Assembly: GCA_900617105.1 (NCBI GenBank)
Contig: UYFQ01000369.1
Span: 1 to 59,619, forward strand
Direction of reading: 5' to 3'
DNA: 59,619 nt
From: Hydrurus foetidus
Taxonomy: Eukaryota
The notes below the pieces were generated by a model, which saw nothing but the letters and a program-made list of their open reading frames with translations, did no database searches and had not been told where the DNA came from. How positions within the stretch are numbered: position 1 is the stretch's first letter; every line of letters begins with the position of its first letter. Shown here piece by piece: positions 10,886 through 25,200 of the stretch. The translations under genes were made by a program, and so were the position numbers.

Positions 10886-12998
10886 CTATAAGGACTCTGG
10901 AGTTAGTAATAGATCATCGACAATGAAAGAATCAATATTCAGTTTATATGTTTTAATTTTCTTTAAACTCTTAGTTGTCATATCATGATTTGGATCAACA
11001 ATCTGAATTCTGTCTTTGTAAATACCGACAACCACCACATAGTCTCCTTCCTTTAATTTAAAAGTGTTTTCTTTCTCCACCGGTTTTGTTATTTTCCATT
11101 CGTGTGTGCCCGTTTCTCCACTGAATTTTCTATTTAACGATGCTGTTTTCATAATATTAAATTCTATTTCAATTTGAGTATTGTCCTGTTGTTTGATTGA
11201 TGCCGTACCGATTTTACAGTTGTTGCCAATATCAAGATCATATTCATTCATTGACAATTGATTTGATTTTCTAGCATTTGTTATTTTTTTAGCTTTTGCA
11301 ATTACGTCATCATTTTCATGGATATAGGTAGTAAATGTATTATAATTATCTTCGTCAAAAATTTGTTCCTCTGACTTTGTAATAGGTGTAACAAACATTG
11401 ATGATGACGACGAGGAGGAGGAAGAGGAGGAAGAGGAGGAGGAACAGGAGGGATTTCTGTTTTTATTCCGGATAAATGCTCGGTCAAGAAGAGATTTTCC
11501 TATATTATTGTTTTTTTGAATGTCGATGATTGATGGAAAATTCATTTTCCAATTTACTTTTAATTGAGCTTTAATTTCTAACTTATCTTCTATTAGATTG
11601 ACAGGAGTCAAATCATCGGGGAAACAGGATACACCATGATTGTATGATCCTGCAAAAATTATTGATAAAACATCAGCTAAATGTTTGCTCTGTGGATCTT
11701 TTATTCCAGTATACTCTGATTCTTGGGAGTCAAATTTAAAAAGACGTTCAATATCTTTACTTTTAATTTCCTTCAATTCTTCGAATATTGCTATCTTTTT
11801 ATTTTGCACATTTTTTGTATTCATATTATTTGCTAATACATTTGCTCCATGATATCCGTTAGCCGCAATTCTATTTTTTGCATTTTTAAATGAATAGTTG
11901 TCTATGTTAGGATCATCTTCAAAATCATCTTGACCCCATTGCATTAGTAGGGGTTTTTTACTATGGGGAAACCACGTGTCATCTAAACCGTAAAAATAAG
12001 TTTGACCTACGGTTATTGATGTTCCTATGCTAGCACCATCTGCTGCCCTAATAATATTAAATTAAACTATCTTAATTTTTCATGTTTTTAAAGTAATAAA
12101 GTGAAGCTAAAGATATTCATTTATTCAACTTACTTTAAATACCCAGCCAGATCGTTGTGAATATTCATCAAAGAGGAGGAATTGATGAAGATGTTTCTTG
12201 GATCATTATATTCCTCATTTAATTTCATTTGCAAGTGATAACGCGCTTGTGGACTTATTTTTGGATGTCCTTTGACCTACAAAGAAGCAATAACAATTTT
12301 GAGAGTCCATTCAAATACTCGTCAAACTATATTTCATATAGTTATTTGGACATACCTCCATTAGTCCAACACTAATAGTCCAAGGTGCTACGAAGATTTG
12401 TTTATTTGAAAATTTCGATGGAAAGACATCTAATTGGTCATCGACATCAGGTACTCGAATGAGTGTCTTCTTTAGGAAAAAGAATGGACCCGAAGTACAG
12501 TACTGCAATAGATAAATTGATAAATAAATTGATAATTAAGTTTTAAGTAAATGCGTGTATACACGAATTTGAAAATCTTACATTGTATTCGGGATTATTT
12601 GTATTCGACAATTTGCTAGAATTTTGAGGATCACTTCCTACTTTGATTTGGTTAAGTACGTTTCGAGCCAACTCCCCAAAATGACTTATAACCAAACTGT
12701 GCAAGACGCTTGCATTTATCGTTGGGGGCTCAATATTGTTTCGGGCGTCGTCCATATCAATTCTAGAGAGGTATCTGCCTGATTGGTTTAGTTCAATCTT
12801 TAAGCTTTTCTTTGTTTGAGAAAATGCCAATGTTTCTTTATTTACTGAGATGATATACACAGTGATTGTCAGTTTCCCATCCGTGGATGGCATTATGATA
12901 TCTTCATCTCTCCTTCTTTTTCGTGGAGCGATGACAACAACGTCGGTGTTGGTTTCCTCTTCAATGATAACATCGGGTACAGATGGAAAGTCACTCAT
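10886..12998 (-). CDS. Multi-exon accessory protein of transposon 1, unknown function
   Basis: ORF pieces 12543-12998, 12311-12508 and 10886-11944 are joined by GT-AG introns (e.g. ~12503-12581, GTAAG...TTGCAG). NLS-like PRKRRR. Homologous to 43342-45527. Confidence 0.8.
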
Positions 12999-13119
12999 TT
13001 TTGATGAGGCTCTGAAGCATACTGCGACGATTTAAAACTGTGATCAGTGACCGAACAAGAGGAATGTTAGGATTTGACATTTTGAACGGACTTTAATGTC
13101 AACTTTGACAGCAACACTC

Positions 13120-13181
13120 GTCACCGTGATTGAAAAAGTCACCGTGATTTTGGTCCTAAAACCGCAAAAGTCACCGTGATT
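13120..13181. repeat. Cluster of (AA)GTCACCGTGATT motifs (3 copies) in the divergent promoter region
   Basis: Copies at 13120, 13136 and 13168; reverse complement of the 10.3-kb motif. Confidence 0.85.
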
Positions 13182-13243
13182 GTCGCTGAACCCTCGCACG
13201 AATCATGCTCAGAGGATGAGTCACCTTATCTCACATATTCACG

Positions 13244-14083
13244 ATGAGTAAATGTGAAGCGGACGTCGATGGTGAACCCTGTGGAAAGGAGAAGCACATA
13301 CAGCCAAATGGTCAAATCAGAGCATTGTGCAAAATTCATTTCATGGAGAAAAACCAAATGAGAAAAAGGCAATTAAAACTGACCTTGTCAATGGAGCATC
13401 TCAAAGACAAAAGAGCCAAGGAAATTGACCAAGACAGGAAGAGAAGAATCCGATATGTGGCTTCAAGAGCAGCAACGTTGGCGGCGATCCCTGCGGCGAA
13501 CGTCAGAAGAATCGCTGAGCAGCTTGACAAGATCAAAAATGATCAGGAATATGTGATAATAGGAACTGTCATCGAGGATACATTGGATCTCCTGGATGTA
13601 GTCACTGAAGGAGAGATAGAGCCAATCACTTTCTCAGAAGAAGCTGGGCCACCTTTGAGAACAATGCAGAAAGTTAGCAATGAGAGAGACATCATCGGTG
13701 ATGTGCTCGAAGCGATAGAGATTGTTTTCCCAGGATGCAAAACTATCGGCGTCAAGCTCCTTAGATCAGAGAAAGGTAATCTAGCACAAAAACTTCATAC
13801 TGATCACGTGCCAGATCCAAAATCATCCAAAAGACTCAAAGACTTAAAAGTCTTCCACTACTCTGCATTGATAGCGTTGATGGAAAATACATTCTTGTAT
13901 GTTGGATCACTAGATGAAAAAGTACGCATTCCTAAATCAAGCATGCTTTTCTTCAGAGGTGATATGGTTCACGCAGGATCAGATTATCAGATTGAAAATT
14001 ACAGACTATTCATTTCTGCTTCATCCATTGACTATCCCTCAACTTTGGACGTTTCGATTAACTATCCCTCGACTGAAAAATGA
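13244..14083 (+). CDS. 2OG-Fe(II) dioxygenase (PhyH-like fold) with a putative N-terminal Zn finger
   Basis: QKLHTDH (HxD)...FFRGDMVHAG (distal H)...NYRLFIS (2OG-binding R). N-terminus has a C...C...CKIH pattern. Confidence 0.75.
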   Translation: MSKCEADVDGEPCGKEKHIQPNGQIRALCKIHFMEKNQMRKRQLKLTLSMEHLKDKRAKEIDQDRKRRIRYVASRAATLAAIPAANVRRIAEQLDKIKNDQEYVIIGTVIEDTLDLLDVVTEGEIEPITFSEEAGPPLRTMQKVSNERDIIGDVLEAIEIVFPGCKTIGVKLLRSEKGNLAQKLHTDHVPDPKSSKRLKDLKVFHYSALIALMENTFLYVGSLDEKVRIPKSSMLFFRGDMVHAGSDYQIENYRLFISASSIDYPSTLDVSINYPSTEK

Positions 14084-14262
14084 AACGTTACATCCCTCGA
14101 CTAAATAAAAAAAGGTTACATTCGAATGAAAGAAACTTTTACGGCAAACTTTCGAACAAGTCACACATGTAAAAGACATGAGGAGTTCAATGGCAATTGC
14201 AATTTGCGTGAAACAGTGAGAGAATAGCGTGGCCTATTGAAAGATTACCTTTAATACTAAAA

Positions 14263-14477
14263 AATCACGGTGACTTTTTCAGAAGTCACCGTGATTAGAA
14301 GAGCGGATACCTTAAAGACATCAGAATAGTCAACACAGTAGAAACAACAGACATCAGAAGAAGGTGAGTCATGGTTATTTTGTTAAGAGTAAAAAGCGGT
14401 AACCAAATATTGTAAATACAAAGCATAAATCACGGTGACTTTCAAAAAAGTTGATAAGTGATATGACACGGTGACTT
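14263..14477. repeat. Third cluster of AATCACGGTGACTT motifs
   Basis: Inverted pair at 14263/14283; further copies at 14428 and 14467 (partial). Confidence 0.8.
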
Positions 14478-14559
14478 GGCATTTCAATGGAGCTGATTGA
14501 ATAGAAAATGGGAAAGTACCTGCTCAAGATAAGTAATATATCGATTGAAATTTTTAACT

Positions 14560-15300
14560 TTTAGTTAAGACAAGACCACATCAGAAGGGTCAGAGCACGA
14601 AGAACTGTTGTTCCTATCATGATACGGCCTTGTCCGACTTCAAAATTGGGTTTCACCCGAATAAAATAATCAATTGATATTACAAATATTTCAAATCAAA
14701 AATGTAGCAGCAGCTAACATCAGACATTTTGTTGGCTAAACTGTCCGCGGTAAGTTTTAAAGAAATGTTGCGCATGGAGTTGTCATAAAGTAAATGCTCA
14801 TCAGCAGCACGAATGAATACACCAACAGCATGATACAGATTGCTTTGTTCCGTTAGCAATGATGCCGTATAATTTGAATCAATTCGTTCATACCGGTACG
14901 CACGCAATCTCTTCATCTGCTTCCGATGCGCATCATTATTCCACTTAGCTTTCCCAAAAGAATGTACTGACCAACACGACCATTCATTAGTTTATAAACA
15001 CTGGCACCATTGAACTTAGAGGTGCTATTTCACTTTTTTTACCCTTCGCCAAACACATTCAACATTGATGTTTCTGTAGATAAGTCTGATTTAGCCATCT
15101 AAGATATAAATTTACATCCAATCAGAAATGCCTTTGGTAACCTTCTGACATGGGTAGCAATTATGGTCTTCTTGCAAGATTCATCGACGACAATTCCCGT
15201 CCATCTGAAAGGGTAAGGAGATAATATGGAGAATTGCATCCAAAATTGAATGGGTTTGGCCTTAAATGCAATTTGATAATTGGATTCCTCAAAATCAGCT
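14560..15300 (-). CDS. Possible further transposon-borne gene (fragmented or spliced)
   Basis: ORF pieces 14680-14916 and 15099-15300 have protein-like composition. The 5' part is lost in the garbled region. Confidence 0.3.
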
Positions 15301-16124
15301 TTGGAGAGGAGTACACATCTCCCAAATAGTACAACAACACAAACAGTCATGCGTATTGCATTCCGGGATTCGCAACGGAATTTCTTTGTCATTGCCTTCT
15401 TTGCACCCTGACTTCTTTTACTCATTTTCACTTTCACAACAATCAAAACAAACAAGAATGCAAACTTGCAAAGATTTCGACCAATGTTCAACTTTGAATA
15501 TCAGACAATCGACAGTCGCGCAATTGCATGGATTAGACAAGTTGGAGATAGCATGATTGACATATACCTCATCGAAAGTGTATACATATCTGGTATGTAC
15601 ATATGATGCATATTAGACTTCTTGTGCACCCTCTGCGTCCTGATACTTCCTGTTCGTCTCTGTACTCTATTCCCAGTCTATACCGGTACGCGGAGCAAAC
15701 CATGGCATAACTGGTGCTTGTGATGCGTATTGCAGTCCGAAAGGATTCGCAACGGAATAATTTTTGTCATTGGGGTAGCGTTTACGCACCCCTTCCCTTC
15801 CCTTACCAACACAACACAACACACAAACAAAACAAAACAAAACCACACACATACTCACTATTCTACCCTACCTGCCAACTACATCAAATGAGTTACTGTT
15901 TACTCATTTCACATTACAATATCAATTACGCAATCAAGCAATGCAACTTGCAATCATCGATTAATTGACAATGTCGCGACGATGTGCATGATCTAGACAT
16001 CGATGTGGCGGCTAGCTATATTATGGAATATACCTCATTAGTCGAAATGTGTATATACACATCTGGTGTGTACATATGATGCATATTAGGACTGATACTA
16101 TTTTGCATCCCTCTTCGTCTCCTC

Positions 16125-16278
16125 ATACTTACCTGTTCGTCGGATGTAGAGGATCAACCAGCTCTATACCGGTACGCGGAGCAAACCATGGCATAACTGG
16201 TGCTTGTGATGCGTATTGCAGTCCGAAAGGATTCGCAACGGAATAATTTTTGTCATTGGGGTAGCGTTTACGCACCCC
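16125..16278 (+). ncRNA. U1: U1 snRNA (first intact copy of block B)
   Basis: Same sequence as the representative copy. Confidence 0.95.
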
Positions 16279-19200
16279 TTCCCTTCCCTTCCAACACAAC
16301 ACAACACAACACAAACAAAACAAAACAAAACCACACACATACTCACTATTCTACCCTACCTGCCAACTACATCAAATGAGTTACTGTTTACTCATTTCAC
16401 ATTACAATATCAATTACGCAATCAAGCAATGCAACTTGCAATCATCGATTAATTGACAATGTCGCGACGATGTGCATGATCTAGACATCGATGTGGCGGC
16501 TAGCTATATTATGGAATATACCTCATTAGTCGAAATGTGTATATACACATCTGGTGTGTACATATGATGCATATTAGGACTGATACTATTTTGCATCCCT
16601 CTTCGTCTCCTCATACTTACCTGTTCGTCGGATGTAGAGGATCAACCAGCTCTATACCGGTACGCGGAGCAAACCATGGCATAACTGGTGCTTGTGATGC
16701 GTATTGCAGTCCGAAAGGATTCGCAACGGAATAATTTTTGTCATTGGGGTAGCGTTTACGCACCCCTTCCCTTCCCTTCCCAACACAACACAACACAACA
16801 CAAACAAAACAAAACACACACACACTCACTATTCTACCCTACCTGCCAACTACATCAAATGAGTTACTGTTTACTCATTTCACATTACAATATCAATTAC
16901 GCAATCAAGCAATGCAACTTGCAATCATCGATTAATTGACAATGTCGCGACGATGTGCATGATCTAGACATCGATGTGGCGGCTAGCTATATTATGGAAT
17001 ATACCTCATTAGTCGAAATGTGTATATACACATCTGGTGTGTACATATGATGCATATTAGGACTGATACTATTTTGCATCCCTCTTCGTCTCCTCATACT
17101 TACCTGTTCGTCGGATGTAGAGGATCAACCAGCTCTATACCGGTACGCGGAGCAAACCATGGCATAACTGGTGCTTGTGATGCGTATTGCAGTCCGAAAG
17201 GATTCGCAACGGAATAATTTTTGTCATTGGGGTAGCGTTTACGCACCCCTTCCCTTCCCTTCCCAACACAACACAACACAACACAACACAAAACAAAACA
17301 AAACCACACACACACTCACTATTCTACCCTACCTGCCAACTACATCAAATGAGTTACTGTTTACTCATTTCACATTACAATATCAATTACGCAATCAAGC
17401 AATGCAACTTGCAATCATCGATTAATTGACAATGTCGCGACGATGTGCATGATCTAGACATCGATGTGGCGGCTAGCTATATTATGGAATATACCTCATT
17501 AGTCGAAATGTGTATATACACATCTGGTGTGTACATATGATGCATATTAGGACTGATACTATTTTGCATCCCTCTTCGTCTCCTCATACTTACCTGTTCG
17601 TCGGATGTAGAGGATCAACCAGCTCTATACCGGTACGCGGAGCAAACCATGGCATAACTGGTGCTTGTGATGCGTATTGCAGTCCGAAAGGATTCGCAAC
17701 GGAATAATTTTTGTCATTGGGGTAGCGTTTACGCACCCCTTCCCTTCCCTTCCCAACACAACACAACACAACACAACACAACACAAACAAAACAAAACCA
17801 CACACACACTCACTATTCTACCCTACCTGCCAACTACATCAAATGAGTTACTGTTTACTCATTTCACATTACAATATCAATTACGCAATCAAGCAATGCA
17901 ACTTGCAATCATCGATTAATTGACAATGTCGCGACGATGTGCATGATCTAGACATCGATGTGGCGGCTAGCTATATTATGGAATATACCTCATTAGTCGA
18001 AATGTGTATATACACATCTGGTGTGTACATATGATGCATATTAGGACTGATACTATTTTGCATCCCTCTTCGTCTCCTCATACTTACCTGTTCGTCGGAT
18101 GTAGAGGATCAACCAGCTCTATACCGGTACGCGGAGCAAACCATGGCATAACTGGTGCTTGTGATGCGTATTGCAGTCCGAAAGGATTCGCAACGGAATA
18201 ATTTTTGTCATTGGGGTAGCGTTTACGCACCCCTTCCCTTCCCTTCCCAACCAACACAACACAACACAACACAACACAAAACAAAACAAAACCACACACA
18301 TACTCACTATTCTACCCTACCTGCCAACTACATCAAATGAGTTACTGTTTACTCATTTCACATTACAATATCAATTACGCAATCAAGCAATGCAACTTGC
18401 AATCATCGATTAATTGACAATGTCGCGACGATGTGCATGATCTAGACATCGATGTGGCGGCTAGCTATATTATGGAATATACCTCATTAGTCGAAATGTG
18501 TATATACACATCTGGTGTGTACATATGATGCATATTAGGACTGATACTATTTTGCATCCCTCTTCGTCTCCTCATACTTACCTGTTCGTCGGATGTAGAG
18601 GATCAACCAGCTCTATACCGGTACGCGGAGCAAACCATGGCATAACTGGTGCTTGTGATGCGTATTGCAGTCCGAAAGGATTCGCAACGGAATAATTTTT
18701 GTCATTGGGGTAGCGTTTACGCACCCCTTCCCTTCCCTTCCCAACACAACACACACAACACAAACAAAACAAAACAACACACACTCACTATTCTACCCTA
18801 CCTGCCAACTACATCAAATGAGTTACTGTTTACTCATTTCACATTACAATATCAATTACGCAATCAAGCAATGCAACTTGCAATCATCGATTAATTGACA
18901 ATGTCGCGACGATGTGCATGATCTAGACATCGATGTGGCGGCTAGCTATATTATGGAATATACCTCATTAGTCGAAATGTGTATATACACATCTGGTGTG
19001 TACATATGATGCATATTAGGACTGATACTATTTTGCATCCCTCTTCGTCTCCTCATACTTACCTGTTCGTCGGATGTAGAGGATCAACCAGCTCTATACC
19101 GGTACGCGGAGCAAACCATGGCATAACTGGTGCTTGTGATGCGTATTGCAGTCCGAAAGGATTCGCAACGGAATAATTTTTGTCATTGGGGTAGCGTTTA

Positions 19201-22200
19201 CGCACCCCTTCCCTTCCCTTCCCAACACAACACAACACAAACAAAACAAAACCACACACACACTCACTATTCTACCCTACCTGCCAACTACATCAAATGA
19301 GTTACTGTTTACTCATTTCACATTACAATATCAATTACGCAATCAAGCAATGCAACTTGCAATCATCGATTAATTGACAATGTCGCGACGATGTGCATGA
19401 TCTAGACATCGATGTGGCGGCTAGCTATATTATGGAATATACCTCATTAGTCGAAATGTGTATATACACATCTGGTGTGTACATATGATGCATATTAGGA
19501 CTGATACTATTTTGCATCCCTCTTCGTCTCCTCATACTTACCTGTTCGTCGGATGTAGAGGATCAACCAGCTCTATACCGGTACGCGGAGCAAACCATGG
19601 CATAACTGGTGCTTGTGATGCGTATTGCAGTCCGAAAGGATTCGCAACGGAATAATTTTTGTCATTGGGGTAGCGTTTACGCACCCCTTCCCTTCCCTTC
19701 CCAACACAACACACAACACAAACACAAAACAAAACCACACACACACTCACTATTCTACCCTACCTGCCAACTACATCAAATGAGTTACTGTTTACTCATT
19801 TCACATTACAATATCAATTACGCAATCAAGCAATGCAACTTGCAATCATCGATTAATTGACAATGTCGCGACGATGTGCATGATCTAGACATCGATGTGG
19901 CGGCTAGCTATATTATGGAATATACCTCATTAGTCGAAATGTGTATATACACATCTGGTGTGTACATATGATGCATATTAGGACTGATACTATTTTGCAT
20001 CCCTCTTCGTCTCCTCATACTTACCTGTTCGTCGGATGTAGAGGATCAACCAGCTCTATACCGGTACGCGGAGCAAACCATGGCATAACTGGTGCTTGTG
20101 ATGCGTATTGCAGTCCGAAAGGATTCGCAACGGAATAATTTTTGTCATTGGGGTAGCGTTTACGCACCCCTTCCCATCCCTTCCCAACACAACACACAAA
20201 CACAAACAAAACAAAACCACACACACACTCACTATTCTACCCTACCTGCCAACTACATCAAATGAGTTACTGTTTACTCATTTCACATTACAATATCAAT
20301 TACGCAATCAAGCAATGCAACTTGCAATCATCGATTAATTGACAATGTCGCGACGATGTGCATGATCTAGACATCGATGTGGCGGCTAGCTATATTATGG
20401 AATATACCTCATTAGTCGAAATGTGTATATACACATCTGGTGTGTACATATGATGCATATTAGGACTGATACTATTTTGCATCCCTCTTCGTCTCCTCAT
20501 ACTTACCTGTTCGTCGGATGTAGAGGATCAACCAGCTCTATACCGGTACGCGGAGCAAACCATGGCATAACTGGTGCTTGTGATGCGTATTGCAGTCCGA
20601 AAGGATTCGCAACGGAATAATTTTTGTCATTGGGGTAGCGTTTACGCACCCCTTCCCTTCCCTTCCCAACACAACACAACACAACACACAAAACAAAACA
20701 AAACCACACACATACTCACTATTCTACCCTACCTGCCAACTACATCAAATGAGTTACTGTTTACTCATTTCACATTACAATATCAATTACGCAATCAAGC
20801 AATGCAACTTGCAATCATCGATTAATTGACAATGTCGCGACGATGTGCATGATCTAGACATCGATGTGGCGGCTAGCTATATTATGGAATATACCTCATT
20901 AGTCGAAATGTGTATATACACATCTGGTGTGTACATATGATGCATATTAGGACTGATACTATTTTGCATCCCTCTTCGTCTCCTCATACTTACCTGTTCG
21001 TCGGATGTAGAGGATCAACCAGCTCTATACCGGTACGCGGAGCAAACCATGGCATAACTGGTGCTTGTGATGCGTATTGCAGTCCGAAAGGATTCGCAAC
21101 GGAATAATTTTTGTCATTGGGGTAGCGTTTACGCACCCCTTCCCTTCCCTTACCAACACAACACAACACAACACAAAACAAAAACACACACACTCACTAT
21201 TCTACCCTACCTGCCAACTACATCAAATGAGTTACTGTTTACTCATTTCACATTACAATATCAATTACGCAATCAAGCAATGCAACTTGCAATCATCGAT
21301 TAATTGACAATGTCGCGACGATGTGCATGATCTAGACATCGATGTGGCGGCTAGCTATATTATGGAATATACCTCATTAGTCGAAATGTGTATATACACA
21401 TCTGGTGTGTACATATGATGCATATTAGGACTGATACTATTTTGCATCCCTCTTCGTCTCCTCATACTTACCTGTTCGTCGGATGTAGAGGATCAACCAG
21501 CTCTATACCGGTACGCGGAGCAAACCATGGCATAACTGGTGCTTGTGATGCGTATTGCAGTCCGAAAGGATTCGCAACGGAATAATTTTTGTCATTGGGG
21601 TAGCGTTTACGCACCCCTTCCCTTCCCTTACCAACACAACACAACACAACACAAACAAAACACACACATACTCACTATTCTACCCTACCTGCCAACTACA
21701 TCAAATGAGTTACTGTTTACTCATTTCACATTACAATATCAATTACGCAATCAAGCAATGCAACTTGCAATCATCGATTAATTGACAATGTCGCGACGAT
21801 GTGCATGATCTAGACATCGATGTGGCGGCTAGCTATATTATGGAATATACCTCATTAGTCGAAATGTGTATATACACATCTGGTGTGTACATATGATGCA
21901 TATTAGGACTGATACTATTTTGCATCCCTCTTCGTCTCCTCATACTTACCTGTTCGTCGGATGTAGAGGATCAACCAGCTCTATACCGGTACGCGGAGCA
22001 AACCATGGCATAACTGGTGCTTGTGATGCGTATTGCAGTCCGAAAGGATTCGCAACGGAATAATTTTTGTCATTGGGGTAGCGTTTACGCACCCCTTCCC
22101 TTTCCCTTACACAACACAACACAACACAACACAACACAAACAAAACAAAACCACACACATACTCACTATTCTACCCTACCTGCCAACTACATCAAATGAG

Positions 22201-25200
22201 TTACTGTTTACTCATTTCACATTACAATATCAATTACGCAATCAAGCAATGCAACTTGCAATCATCGATTAATTGACAATGTCGCGACGATGTGCATGAT
22301 CTAGACATCGATGTGGCGGCTAGCTATATTATGGAATATACCTCATTAGTCGAAATGTGTATATACACATCTGGTGTGTACATATGATGCATATTAGGAC
22401 TGATACTATTTTGCATCCCTCTTCGTCTCCTCATACTTACCTGTTCGTCGGATGTAGAGGATCAACCAGCTCTATACCGGTACGCGGAGCAAACCATGGC
22501 ATAACTGGTGCTTGTGATGCGTATTGCAGTCCGAAAGGATTCGCAACGGAATAATTTTTGTCATTGGGGTAGCGTTTACGCACCCCTTCCCTTCCCTTCC
22601 CTTACCACAACACAACACAACACAACACAAAACCACACACACATACTCACTATTCTACCCTACCTGCCAACTACATCAAATGAGTTACTGTTTACTCATT
22701 TCACATTACAATATCAATTACGCAATCAAGCAATGCAACTTGCAATCATCGATTAATTGACAATGTCGCGACGATGTGCATGATCTAGACATCGATGTGG
22801 CGGCTAGCTATATTATGGAATATACCTCATTAGTCGAAATGTGTATATACACATCTGGTGTGTACATATGATGCATATTAGGACTGATACTATTTTGCAT
22901 CCCTCTTCGTCTCCTCATACTTACCTGTTCGTCGGATGTAGAGGATCAACCAGCTCTATACCGGTACGCGGAGCAAACCATGGCATAACTGGTGCTTGTG
23001 ATGCGTATTGCAGTCCGAAAGGATTCGCAACGGAATAATTTTTGTCATTGGGGTAGCGTTTACGCACCCCTTCCCTTCCCTTACCAACACAACACAACAC
23101 AACACAACACAAAACAAAACCACACACACACTCACTATTCTACCCTACCTGCCAACTACATCAAATGAGTTACTGTTTACTCATTTCACATTACAATATC
23201 AATTACGCAATCAAGCAATGCAACTTGCAATCATCGATTAATTGACAATGTCGCGACGATGTGCATGATCTAGACATCGATGTGGCGGCTAGCTATATTA
23301 TGGAATATACCTCATTAGTCGAAATGTGTATATACACATCTGGTGTGTACATATGATGCATATTAGGACTGATACTATTTTGCATCCCTCTTCGTCTCCT
23401 CATACTTACCTGTTCGTCGGATGTAGAGGATCAACCAGCTCTATACCGGTACGCGGAGCAAACCATGGCATAACTGGTGCTTGTGATGCGTATTGCAGTC
23501 CGAAAGGATTCGCAACGGAATAATTTTTGTCATTGGGGTAGCGTTTACGCACCCCTTCCCTTACCAACACAACACAACACAACACAACACAACACAAACA
23601 AAACAAAACCACACACATACTCACTATTCTACCCTACCTGCCAACTACATCAAATGAGTTACTGTTTACTCATTTCACATTACAATATCAATTACGCAAT
23701 CAAGCAATGCAACTTGCAATCATCGATTAATTGACAATGTCGCGACGATGTGCATGATCTAGACATCGATGTGGCGGCTAGCTATATTATGGAATATACC
23801 TCATTAGTCGAAATGTGTATATACACATCTGGTGTGTACATATGATGCATATTAGGACTGATACTATTTTGCATCCCTCTTCGTCTCCTCATACTTACCT
23901 GTTCGTCGGATGTAGAGGATCAACCAGCTCTATACCGGTACGCGGAGCAAACCATGGCATAACTGGTGCTTGTGATGCGTATTGCAGTCCGAAAGGATTC
24001 GCAACGGAATAATTTTTGTCATTGGGGTAGCGTTTACGCACCCCTTCCCTTCCCTTCCCTTACCAACACAACACAACACAACACAACACACAAACAAAAC
24101 AAAACCACACACATACTCACTATTCTACCCTACCTGCCAACTACATCAAATGAGTTACTGTTTACTCATTTCACATTACAATATCAATTACGCAATCAAG
24201 CAATGCAACTTGCAATCATCGATTAATTGACAATGTCGCGACGATGTGCATGATCTAGACATCGATGTGGCGGCTAGCTATATTATGGAATATACCTCAT
24301 TAGTCGAAATGTGTATATACACATCTGGTGTGTACATATGATGCATATTAGGACTGATACTATTTTGCATCCCTCTTCGTCTCCTCATACTTACCTGTTC
24401 GTCGGATGTAGAGGATCAACCAGCTCTATACCGGTACGCGGAGCAAACCATGGCATAACTGGTGCTTGTGATGCGTATTGCAGTCCGAAAGGATTCGCAA
24501 CGGAATAATTTTTGTCATTGGGGTAGCGTTTACGCACCCCTTCCCTTCCCTTACCAACACAACACAACACAACACAACACAAACAAAACAAAACCACACA
24601 CATACTCACTATTCTACCCTACCTGCCAACTACATCAAATGAGTTACTGTTTACTCATTTCACATTACAATATCAATTACGCAATCAAGCAATGCAACTT
24701 GCAATCATCGATTAATTGACAATGTCGCGACGATGTGCATGATCTAGACATCGATGTGGCGGCTAGCTATATTATGGAATATACCTCATTAGTCGAAATG
24801 TGTATATACACATCTGGTGTGTACATATGATGCATATTAGGACTGATACTATTTTGCATCCCTCTTCGTCTCCTCATACTTACCTGTTCGTCGGATGTAG
24901 AGGATCAACCAGCTCTATACCGGTACGCGGAGCAAACCATGGCATAACTGGTGCTTGTGATGCGTATTGCAGTCCGAAAGGATTCGCAACGGAATAATTT
25001 TTGTCATTGGGGTAGCGTTTACGCACCCCTTCCCTTCCCTTACCAACACAACACAACACAACACAACACAACACAAACAAAACAAAACCACACACATACT
25101 CACTATTCTACCCTACCTGCCAACTACATCAAATGAGTTACTGTTTACTCATTTCACATTACAATATCAATTACGCAATCAAGCAATGCAACTTGCAATC

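Larger units (their letters stand above)
9006..15687 (+). mobile_element. Tc1/IS630-type DNA transposon 1 with cargo genes (~6.7 kb; right end approximate)
   Basis: Preceded by TA. Left end resembles the TIR of element 2. Encodes a DD34E transposase. The right end lies in a garbled segment, after which U1 resumes near the interrupted position. Confidence 0.85.

Noticed and set aside
11400..11450. Poly-Ser tracts here and at ~30420-30460 as shared homology
   Set aside because: Low-complexity sequence in unrelated proteins.
10886..12998. Fanzor/TnpB nuclease as Tc1 cargo
   Set aside because: No RuvC D-E-D motifs or CxxC zinc ribbon are visible in either accessory gene.
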